Shown one piece after another: positions 41,589 through 51,636 of a stretch of 64,000 nucleotides of DNA (within the stretch, counting starts at the first letter, position 1; each line of letters opens with the position of its first letter). The notes below the pieces were generated by a model. That model was not told the DNA's origin and ran no database searches. It worked only from the letters and a program-made list of their open reading frames with translations. The stretch is from NCBI GenBank assembly GCA_023231475.1, contig JALJEE010003013.1:1-64000 (forward strand), written 5' to 3'. The translations under genes and the position numbers were made by a program. Source of the DNA: Seison nebaliae. Taxonomy: Eukaryota.

Positions 41589-43328
41589 TTACTCTTCCAT
41601 TCGTCTCTTCAATTTACGTGAAGTGATTTGATCATTCTCTTCTGGATTTGTTGAAGGGAAGATTTGTTGGTTGACACGAATATTGATGGAGTGGAACATT
41701 TTCGTCATTCGTTTCAACAATTCATTGGAGGCACGACTCATCATTAGATCGTTAGGATTGGATTCGAAGAGATGTTCGAACTTTTTGAAATATTGTTCGA
41801 TCAATTCATTCATCTTCTCTTGCTCGTCATTCTTACAACGAATCACGTCTTTCAACGACATTATCTGTTTTTTATAAAGCGAATTTTCGAAATTGATTTC
41901 GATCAATTTCTGTTCATTCTCTTTCAAATCCTCTTGTAAATCTTTCACTTTCTCTTCCACCTTTCCCAATTTCTCATGATATTGTCTCGATTTCTGTTCG
42001 AACAGATCATCACTTCGCAATTGTCGCTCCAATCCACGAATTTTCCTCCTGAGAATGTCGTTACTTTCAAAAATGGTTTTGGCCGATGTCAATTCCTCTC
42101 TTACCATTTTTAACGATTTATTCTGAGATTCTATAATCGCCTCATATGTCTTCTTCGTCATATTGAGTAATTTGAGTTTTGTCGAATTCTCTTTCATTCG
42201 TTTCTCCATTCCATCACATTTACTAATTTCCTTATGGAAATCTATCGAATTAACGACACTTCGCAAATATTCCAATTCGCTTTCTTCACGACTTTTCCCC
42301 GCAATTCCCACCGATGTTGACACTTGTCCAATCTCGTAAGATGGTGCGCTCTTCATCCTCAAATCGAACGAATTTATTGTACTCTCAAAAATATTTTGTG
42401 TTGATATCAAATTCTGTTGAGTTATAGATTGATGATTATAATGTGGAAATGATGTTTCCATACCAGTAAATTGAGTTGTAGTTAATATGGGATAAGAAGT
42501 TCCTATTTGATTACTTGTACATTCAGTATTGATTGTGTTGGGTAGCAAGAGGTGAGTGTTCTGATCGTCATTGGGATGATAATATGAATAATTGTTCTCA
42601 AAAGAATTATCCTCTTCAATTTGGTGAGTCATTGACGTTGTGGAAACAGTCGAAGTGATGTCGTCAGATGATGTGAGATATATTGATTGATGAATGACTT
42701 CACTTCCATCTGATAAATACTCTTGAACATTATCATCAAAATCAGATTGGGAACAAACGGCGATTGGATGGACGGTGGAAGTTGGACGATAATTCTCCGT
42801 CGATCGACCCACATCCGATGACGGAATCAATTCAAATTCTTCTTCTGCTGTTATAATGGAACTATCATCTACGATCGTTAACGTTGAAGTTGAATGACGA
42901 GAATTATCATTTTCTAAATCATCCACCTCATAATATTTAACACTCGAATTATCTGTACCATTAAATGATTCTCTCGAATTCTCTTCATTAACAACTTCTT
43001 CGTCTGTATTTATTTCTTCATTATCATCATCATTATCATCATCATTATCATCATCATCATCATCGTCGTCATCATCGTCGTCATCATCGTCATCATCATC
43101 ATCATCATCATCATCGTCTCCTTCATCGTCATCATAATTGGATGAAGACGAAGGAGAAGCAGATACATCACTTCTCACCTCCTCTTCATTACGGTCGTCA
43201 TCGGACTCATCCTCGTCGTCTATTACGATTAGTGAAACATCATCATCATCTTTATCTAAACCATCAACTTGTAGAAGTGTTAATTTCAGATTTTGCCCAT
43301 TCTTTAACATTTCCTTATCGCTCGTCAT
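41589..43328 (-). CDS. Intronless protein with poly-Asp acidic N-terminus and C-terminal coiled coil; unknown function
   Basis: 579-aa ORF; (GAT/GAC)n tract at ~43020-43130 encodes poly-D; heptad-rich C-terminal third; basic C-terminus (RKLKRR) may be an NLS. Confidence 0.7.
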   Translation of the reverse strand: MTSDKEMLKNGQNLKLTLLQVDGLDKDDDDVSLIVIDDEDESDDDRNEEEVRSDVSASPSSSSNYDDDEGDDDDDDDDDDDDDDDDDDDDDDDDNDDDNDDDNEEINTDEEVVNEENSRESFNGTDNSSVKYYEVDDLENDNSRHSTSTLTIVDDSSIITAEEEFELIPSSDVGRSTENYRPTSTVHPIAVCSQSDFDDNVQEYLSDGSEVIHQSIYLTSSDDITSTVSTTSMTHQIEEDNSFENNYSYYHPNDDQNTHLLLPNTINTECTSNQIGTSYPILTTTQFTGMETSFPHYNHQSITQQNLISTQNIFESTINSFDLRMKSAPSYEIGQVSTSVGIAGKSREESELEYLRSVVNSIDFHKEISKCDGMEKRMKENSTKLKLLNMTKKTYEAIIESQNKSLKMVREELTSAKTIFESNDILRRKIRGLERQLRSDDLFEQKSRQYHEKLGKVEEKVKDLQEDLKENEQKLIEINFENSLYKKQIMSLKDVIRCKNDEQEKMNELIEQYFKKFEHLFESNPNDLMMSRASNELLKRMTKMFHSINIRVNQQIFPSTNPEENDQITSRKLKRRMEE

Positions 43329-44158
43329 TCCTTCTCAAATCGCTTTCAATCTTTTTTAAACAACCGTTCTTCTCTCCATTTCCCATTGGAAGAATTGTCG
43401 AATCATTTCAATTAATTAAATTATTTTTTTTTTCATTTTGAATTTTAAGCTCGTGTTTCTTTCCCACACAATTCCCAACTTCTCTATCGTAATATCTTCT
43501 CTGATCCGTTTTCTATTTCTTAAATTTCTTTTCTTTCATTCATTTTATTATTCTCCCCACGTTCTTTATTCATTTTTTTTTTATTATATTATAATAAAAA
43601 AAAATATTAATTATGGAATTTTATTATTGAATTTCATATAAATATTTAAGGTATTGATAAGAACGGTTAAGAGTCAAACAAAGTTCAATTCGTTGCATTT
43701 TAGTTAGAATAAATACATATTCGTTTTGTCGTTATCATCAAAAATAATTAATTTTTTCAAAATTATTTTACGACTATTTTTTCGGAAATTGTCGAGAAGA
43801 AAATGAACTTTAAGTTCATTGTCGGATTGTCGGAAATAAGTTGAGATGTTGAGAAGAAAGAAGTGGAGAACTATAATTATGTGATAAAAAGTGGTAGGTG
43901 GAGAAGACGGAAGCGGAAAAAACTTAAAATAAGTCAACACAGCAACTAACAAGTGATTTAAGTGATTATCAGTAAAATTTATTGATCATTGAACAGTGAA
44001 ATTTTATTTATTTTCAATCAGCCTCTTCACTCATCGTTATGGTGATTCTATTAATGATAGTCATGTTTGTGTATCGAACAATATTCACATTATCAATAAT
44101 TGACAGAATATTGTCGTCAACCTTTCTTCTTTCTTTTCTTTTCCTTTCTTATTCATAA

Positions 44159-44671
44159 ATGACTAAGATTCTCCTATTAATTCTTTGTATTAGAAGTTAC
44201 TATTTCCTTCTTCTCCTCAACTACTTTCTCGTTTTAGCATGTATGTCCATTCTTTGCATCGTTTGTTCTACCTATAGCGGACATTACAATTGTTCAGATA
44301 AATTTCTCGACAAACAACATTTCACCAAACAATGTCGTTCGGATGAAGATGTTTGTGTGAAATTTTCCGTCCTCCATCCAAGTTTCCTCCATTTATCTAC
44401 GTTAATCATCTTCAAATACTTTTCAGAAACTTATGCACCAACTGGCGCAGTTGTCAGGTCATGTGGTAAGTCGGGTGATCGATATTCTCCGTATTTCGCT
44501 TATAGAACGTTCATACCTAATTCTGGTGAATGCGCTTTAAAAAAAGGAGGTCCCTATATCGTTCAGAGACCGTTACATATTTGTTCATGTTCCCACGATG
44601 GCTCAAATGATGAGGACACGAGTAAATACTGCAAAAGGAGAAAAAAGAAGATTATGAATAGTTTGATTTAG
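44159..44671 (+). CDS. Secreted quiver/sleepless-like Ly6/uPAR (three-finger) protein, 3 exons
   Basis: Signal peptide; CIVCS...NC...C...VCVK...VVRSC...C...ICSCSHDGSN Cys spacing; two in-frame GTT-AG introns (~44197-44238, ~44382-44426) read through by the ORF track. Confidence 0.65.
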   Translation: MTKILLLILCIRSYYFLLLLNYFLVLACMSILCIVCSTYSGHYNCSDKFLDKQHFTKQCRSDEDVCVKFSVLHPSFLHLSTLIIFKYFSETYAPTGAVVRSCGKSGDRYSPYFAYRTFIPNSGECALKKGGPYIVQRPLHICSCSHDGSNDEDTSKYCKRRKKKIMNSLI

Positions 44672-44962
44672 AAATATAATTCCACAAATTGTTTTATATA
44701 AGAGAATTAATAAATATTTTGTTATTCTCCAATTTTATCCAAACAAAATAAATCACAATGTGCATTTTATCAATTTTGTTCAGTAGAAAAACGATCGAAC
44801 AAACTAAAATTGGATGGACTCAGTTCCATAATGTTTTAAAATACCCAAAAATAATTCACTAGTAATTTCGGTGTAACAAAACGATAAGATCGGATTATTC
44901 ATGTATTGCACGTTTAATTTGCCATTTGACAAACAATTACCATTATTATCTATTGGACATAT

Positions 44963-45035
44963 GGGGATGTAGCTCAATTGGTAGAGCGCGTGCTTTGCAT
45001 GTACGAGGTACCGGGATCGAAACCCGGCATCTCCA
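44963..45035 (+). tRNA. tRNA-Ala(TGC)
   Basis: Acceptor stem GGGGATG/CATCTCC with G3:U70, D arm AGCTC...GAGC, anticodon stem CGTGC/GTACG around TT-TGC-AT, T arm CCGGG-ATCGAAA-CCCGG, downstream T-run Pol III terminator. Confidence 0.97.
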
Positions 45036-45123
45036 GTCAACTTTTTATTATCAGAAAGTTAGATATAGTAGCAATATAATAGGAGAAAGAAAATATGTTC
45101 AATCAATTATTTCATTTTAATAA

Positions 45124-45214
45124 TACACTTGGTATAATAGTGAGCGTGGAAAGAATAATAAAAGTTTTATATGATATGTGACGCGGAAGATTCAGTATCG
45201 ATTCCCCCTCGCAC
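45124..45214 (+). pseudogene. Degenerate tRNA-like remnant (Asp/Gly-like)
   Basis: A-box-like TGGTATAATAGTGAGC and 3' half TGTGACGCGGAAGA..TCGATTCCCC resembling tRNA-Asp; AT-rich insertion in the middle; stems broken. Confidence 0.3.
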
Positions 45215-45519
45215 AATTATAATTTTTGTTTCATTGATAAATGAAATGAAGAAAAATGATATTGATATACAAAATCTATCGTTTGTCTTATAGATGCATC
45301 AAAGTCTTTTGATTAAGTGGATGTTGAACGATTGTTATATAGACATGGCATTAAGAACAACATAAAATCTTCCGATTTTCAATCTTCCACATATGAACAA
45401 CGTCAACATTTTCTTCTACCTATCAACTTCTGCTGTTATTATGATGTTCCAATTGCAACTGAATCTTTAAGATCAAACTTTTAAATCCCTTATCATCTTC
45501 CGGTATTTTTTCTCCTTGC

Positions 45520-48250
45520 CTCTTACGAGACTCGCACATCATTTCGAATTTTAATTCTTTTTGTTAATTTCACTCTATTGAAGATTGCTCAAACTGGAAT
45601 TTAAGCAGAGGAAAATGGTCTCCAAAAAGTACAGTGGTAGCACGAGACTCCTAAATAGTGAAAGACGAGTCTTTAACGGGACGACTTTAGATTTAGGAGA
45701 GAATGAGAATTCGGTCAAGTCCTACATTCGAGAAAACAGCCCTATAGAATTTATTTCGGATACGATCGAGAGCGGATGAGCAAAAGAACCGCATATCGAT
45801 CAACGAGCCAAGGAAGATGGTAGAAGAAGCGAGAGGAATGTTAGAGAACGAACGAATACCAGTAGCCAGCATTTCGATTCGTTAATAGCGATCCCTCTTT
45901 CAGCAAGAAGACGAGATGTACGTAGATAGAATTTCTTCAAATCACGAAGGGAACGAGGTATGATCACGAAATCGTCAGCGTATGCCATAACATGCGGGAA
46001 GAAGAAATCACCAATGGCGATTCTATTACTTTCGTTCAGTTCCCAGAGGACGCCGTCGATAGCCAAACCAAATAACCAGGGACCAAGGATCGTACCTTGA
46101 CGGACTCCTGAGTTAATTTAGAAATGAATACTGGAGCAGTCAACGTGAACAACACACCCAGTGGAATAACAAGAGAGGTGAGCGAGAAATCTGAGGATGG
46201 GATATGGGACGAGTTGACGCAAAAGGTAATCAAAAGCATAAGAAACGTTAACGGAATCGAATGCCTTTGTAGCATCAAAGAAGAGAAGATGTAAAGATAG
46301 TTTCATTTCCTTGACAATAATTATAGCCGAACGGAGAATGAGAAGGAGAGGATAGGTGCCACGACATGACGATCGATAAGCAAATTGGTAGGATGACGAA
46401 AAGAGTACATTCCGATATCGGATCAAAATGAGGTTCTCGAATACTTTCAGTAGGAACGAAGAAATGCAGATCGGTCTGTATGAATTTAACGAGGTTTGGT
46501 CGATATTCGGTTTCTTCGGAATTGGAATGATGGGAAAGAATCAGATTTACGGAATCGGTAAGACCGGTTACGAGAGATGGAAGTGAGTGTTGCACCAATT
46601 TAATGCAAACGTTATCGAAACCGTGAGCCTTAGTACCTTCGAGAGTTTGGATAGATTCGAAAATTTCTTGAGGAGTGAAAAAATCGAAATGGACATTGAC
46701 GAAAGGGCAGATGTAGGGTATAATGGAGGTGCGATACATATAGGAGCTGAAGTATTCCGCGAAGGAGTCGGCAGAAATAGAAGAAGTCGATGAGTGGGAG
46801 AAGCGATTGGTTATTAATTTCCAAATGTTCGAAGGACGTGAAGAAAGACAAGCATTACGGAGCCTGCCGTGAAAATGGTCCCTGACACACTTTCTCACGG
46901 CTCTGCGAAACAACTTCCGAGATTTTAGATGATGTTCGCTGTTGAGAGAAGAAGGATTTTCGCGGAAGGTTTTCCAGCAACCGGAAGCTCGACGCTTAAG
47001 ATGGGAAATAGAAGAAAAATTCGAAATAGGAGGCCAGAGAAAAAGGAAATAGAAGATCGGAGGTTGGTAGAACCATGTGTGTTGAGAGAGAGAAAAGTGA
47101 TATTGCGGATATCAGTAGAGATGTCCGAAAAGGAAGGCGATCCTTTAGTCTAAGGAGAGAAATTATCTCATAAAGAGGTGACAGGATCGGGCATTATTGA
47201 ATCAGTGGAAGAATGGTTTTTTGGGGCTACGCTTGGAGAGCCACCGTTCTTGATGATGGTTGAGTGTACACCAAATTCGACACAGCGAACACGAAAGAAG
47301 TCTTTTGTGGAAGAGGAAAAATAGAAAGGACGCACAAAAGTGTTTTGTGGCCAGATATTAGGTTCCAGGAAATCTTCAATTTATCCACGGAGCAGCGGAT
47401 GATAAAGGAGCGAGGAGTTGTTGGAATATCATCACGTGTCCTGCTCTTCATACGCCAGATCTTAACGGCTTCCAGGTTAGAATCCGAAATGAGCTTATCG
47501 ACGTCGCTCATCGTTGTGGACGGTACGAAATTTGTGACCAGTACGGAGCGAAGAATAGGTTTCGGGGGGGCGAAGTTGTGCTCCCTGGACTGTACAATCG
47601 GTACGAGTCCCTGATCGCACGGTGATGCTCTTCGTTTTCTGAAGCTTCGTCGTTTCAATTTTCTTGGTTGGTGCTACGACTCTATTGTTGACACGGCTTG
47701 CCGCAGGAATGTGTGAGTGAGTCTCCTTCGCACTGCCATTGAGAGGAGTGGAGATGAGGGTCGAAGACTCGTTGTTACTCGATTTGAGAGCGTCGCGATA
47801 AGAGGCGATGTTATGATCGCGGATGTTCGAATGCTTATCGCTGACGAGTGGGTTGCGCGCATTACCACAGTTCTCGATGATTCTTTCTTGATTCGTTATG
47901 ATGATCTTTAAAGACAACGTGATTTCTTCGAGAAGAACGTGTGACCTGTTGGGTATCGCGAGAGACCTGGAGAACGATGCTACAACCTCTTTCAATTGGG
48001 GCATGATCTGCAGGTTGGAAACTCTCTTACGAACAGATAGCTTGCTCGATATCTTCGTTTTCTTATTGGACTGGTTGATGGACTTGTTGAGGGATTTTTG
48101 GGAGGATCCAGGCCTTTCCCGTTTGGAGCGGATGGATTGACCATTGCTAGGTGGCGAAGGATGGTGGATTGATCGTTGATTGGAAGGATCATTGAGGGGG
48201 CTTGAGTGAGTGTTGATTCGAGATGTACTTTCAGCAAGTGTACTCATATT
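45520..48250 (-). mobile_element. Decayed non-LTR (LINE) retrotransposon: ORF1 plus frameshifted ORF2 reverse transcriptase, APE endonuclease mostly deleted
   Basis: ORF1 with RSVLVTNFVPSTT and FLEPNIWPQNTFVRPF motifs; ORF2 start NITFLSLNTHG (APE domain I) then a gap; RT motifs SYRPICISSFLLKVFE, QFAYR, FFDATKAFDSVN, GVRQGTILGPWLF, MAYADD, INESKC in shifting frames; higher GC than flanks; ends approximate. Confidence 0.92.
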
Positions 48251-48695
48251 TGTAAAAATTAGTTATTAAATATATGTTTTGATTTATCGATTCATTTGAG
48301 TTGTCGATAATAAGTTATTTTCTATTTCCGTTCATTCAATCTAATAAACGATTCTTATTTTATTCCAATTAATGCCAATTAAAATCTTTCCTAACAACTT
48401 CACTCAAACTAAATTTTATATTTTCTATTGTATTCTGTTTAAAGAACCGTTTCGAGAAATAAAAATTAATTCTATGTATAAAAAGGCGCGTAAACAGTGA
48501 AACAATTTAAAATAAAATCTATAAATTTATTTAATTTCCGTTTTTGTTTTGCATAATGCTCACAAAATTATCTGAAACAATAAATCAATAAAATCTGACA
48601 CGCAATAATAGAAATACTCTAATTTTTTTTAACTTGCATTTTTTATTTTTTTCGGTCGAACAAAAAATCAAATAATATTTGCTTCTTATTTCGAA

Positions 48696-49442
48696 ATGGT
48701 GATATCACATTTATTGATATTGTTATACTATTGCCTTCAAATTCATCAGTCCCAAACTGCATTGTACGAACATCACACTCCAAATTACCATTTCAAGCTG
48801 AAAATAGTAGAAGAGACATTCACTGAATATGACGGATGTGCTCATAAATGTGAAGCAGAGCATAGTACTAATAATTGGAAAGAATTGATTATACCAGATT
48901 TGGATTTCTTGTATTACTTGAATACCATTAATCTTAATAATCATCTTCTATTGGGTATGTGTAAGAAATCGAACGGAGATTTAGAATGGCAGGATCAATA
49001 TAAAACAGTAACGTTCAATCGAGGAGACGCCTGCGAATTATGGCTCTCCAATGAACCAGACAGTGCTCAAACAACTCAAATAATTTTCAAACAAAAGAAT
49101 ATATACGACTACTGTCGAAATTACAATACTCCATATCATCACGTTGGTCTTGGAGACACTGTTAATTTGGAACTAGAATTAGGTTGTTCGAAAATAATGT
49201 TAAAGAAATTGCAAGCTAAGTACATTATTTCTAATTCAAGTTTTATTCAGCTTTCAAAATCTTATCATTAAAATTATTAATTAGACCAGAACTTAATTCG
49301 GAAATTGGTAATAAAACAGCCAACCATCGATTACAAATTACTTTCAGGATATAACAATTGTTTTAACGATGTACATTTGAATTTTTCAGAAGGGAGTGCA
49401 GATTTAATTTTTAAAGATTTTATTCCTCAACATTTCGTCTAA
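48696..49442 (+). CDS. Secreted C-type-lectin-like domain protein, 2 exons
   Basis: Signal peptide; C-x3-C helix (GCAHKC), LLGM, LEWQD, WLSNEPD motif typical of CTLDs; GTT-AG intron ~49240-49284 extends the frame to a stop at 49440-49442. Confidence 0.5.
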
Positions 49443-49814
49443 CATGAAAGTCAGAAAATCAAAAATTCAACGGGAATATAATTTATATTTTTAATTTTCT
49501 AAATTGTCTCATAATTATTCTCATCGTTATCCAAATATGTTATTACACTTTAATCAATCCATTTAACGACTCTTCTGTTTGATATACACTTTATACGACT
49601 ATTTTTTCAGTTGATTGAAAACTTGATTGGACAATTTCAATTCTGTCAAATGTATTTATGACATAATTCTTATTTTTCAAAATTTGAATTCAATTTTAAT
49701 TTAACATTTCTAATTTAAAAAACAGTTTCCATTCATTTCGATAATATATGAATTCGACGATTAATAATTCGATTTGTATTTTGATTTGATCCTATTTGTC
49801 CGGACAAATTTTAG

Positions 49815-50480
49815 ATGAAGAAAACATCAACGAAATTATATCGAAATGAGGATCTAAAAAGACGAAAACGGCCGACGATAATGATGATATTGAAATTATT
49901 AGTTTAAGATGATAGTGATAACGAATTCTTAGTCGATGATGTTGCTAGTACAACTCAACCAGTTCGAGCGAAGGAGAAGAATCCGACGTTGGGGAAATTC
50001 GAACGATTACAACGCCAATTATTATCAGCGAAAATTCGAGATTATTGATTGGTAATGATGATGAAACCGGATTTTCAACAACGTCCAATAATGATATCAC
50101 CTGATGGTCGAATATATCTCGGGAGTTTCTCTCCTCTTTATGATTAGGCTCAAGATTTTTTAGTAGCGATAGTTGAACCGGTTTGTCGTCCGAAACATCT
50201 CCATGAATATAAGTTGACACTCTATTCGTTATATGTGGCCGTTTCTGCGAGAATAGAAACGAATTTCATAATAGAATTTTTAAATCGATTATCGAAAATT
50301 GTATTGGATACAGAAATCGTTGAATTCGTCAAACATTGTACATTGAGTTATGGTAAAGCGAAATTAGTGTTGAAGAATAATCGATATTTTGTGGAAAGTA
50401 ATTTCTCTGATTTAATTTTTTCATATTATAAAAAAATGATAAGTTGACTATAGAAGATGTTCGAAATCAAATGAGTAAAC
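49815..50480 (+). pseudogene. ERCC3: 5' fragment pseudogene of TFIIH helicase XPB
   Basis: [61 protein letters not shown]...[21 protein letters not shown] matches the XPB N-terminal domain; in-frame TAG, frameshifts, no helicase core. Confidence 0.9.
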
Positions 50481-50506
50481 AACGAATGTAAAATGAAAAT
50501 AATTTT

Positions 50507-51110
50507 TTGAACATTAATAAATGCAAATCAAATATGCAAAATGCTACGCCTCCAAACAATCAACAAAACAATAATCAATCACTTCCTCCCAATGATCCTT
50601 CCAATCAAAGAAGAATCCACCGTTTACCGTCACCAAACAACGATCTTTCTATCCGCTCCAAACGGGATAGATCAGGGTCCTCCCATCAGCCCATCGAAAA
50701 AACGAGGAAATGGATCAAAAGTTCCGCTCCCAAGAGAATGTCAAACGTGCAAATCATGTCACAATTAAAGGAGTCAATGTCTTCTTTGGCTAGCTCCTTC
50801 ATCCTACCGGACAAATTTTACGAACAGCCTACGAATGTCATCGCTAATGTTCAACCGATTCACTCGGATATTTCTTCGTCCAACCTAACCAAGAATAAAT
50901 CGCCCGATAAGAAACCTGAAACGACGAAGAGCCATGAAAGAAAGAATGTCGCCGCTCGATTTGGGACACGTACTGACTGACCGAAGCGCATTCTCCGCTC
51001 TGTAATGGTCACCAACTTCGTACCTTCCACTACTACGAGTGACGTTGACAAACTCATTTCCGATTCTAACTTGGAAGTCGTCAAATCTGACGTAGTGATG
51101 TCCAAATGGT
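50507..51110 (+). mobile_element. Truncated, internally deleted ORF1 copy of the same LINE family
   Basis: PNDPSNQRRIH..SIRSKRDRSGSS, NVQIMSQLKE, RFGTRTD and RILRSVMVTNFVPSTTTSDVDKLISDSNLEVVK are near-identical to ORF1 at 47.5-48.2 kb. Confidence 0.88.
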
Positions 51111-51636
51111 AACAAAAACGAAGAGCTCTGAATCGATTTTACGATGTATTAGGAAGAGAAAAAAATCCAGACTCTCGTTTTTGCCTCGTATACATACACT
51201 ATTTGTTCTATTTTGACCAAAAACAGAATGGCCAGTAAGCGACAAACAGAACGGTCGAGATATTGTCTCACTTGTTAAAAATAGGACAATCTGCAAAAAT
51301 ATGGCAAAAAAGTCGAAAATTAACTAATTTAAAATTTATAAACGGGCAACGGGCAAAAACTGAACAAAATTTATTTAATCAATCAACAAATAAACATAAT
51401 GATCGAATCGATATAAAACTATTATTTTAAAATTATTTCTTATGTTAGTGATATTCCGAACAATAGAGAATGTTTATGATAAGCTCTTAAAAAAGATAGA
51501 TACTGATACTATGAAGTTAAGAACTGAGAATCCTGAACTGACTTGTGAGGATGTTAATCTTTTAAATGGTTTGAATTAATTGTAAATTAAAGAGGTCTTT
51601 AAACTCAGTAGTTTTATATAAAATATAAAGTACAAA

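Noticed and set aside
44804..45120. Short ORFs overlapping the tRNA on both strands
   Set aside because: Translation artefacts of the tRNA-Ala sequence
50140..50150. In-frame TAG within conserved XPB sequence as possible stop-codon reassignment
   Set aside because: TAG, TAA and TGA all terminate intact genes in this window (e.g. HMGCS1 ends in TAG), and the XPB copy also has frameshifts and is truncated
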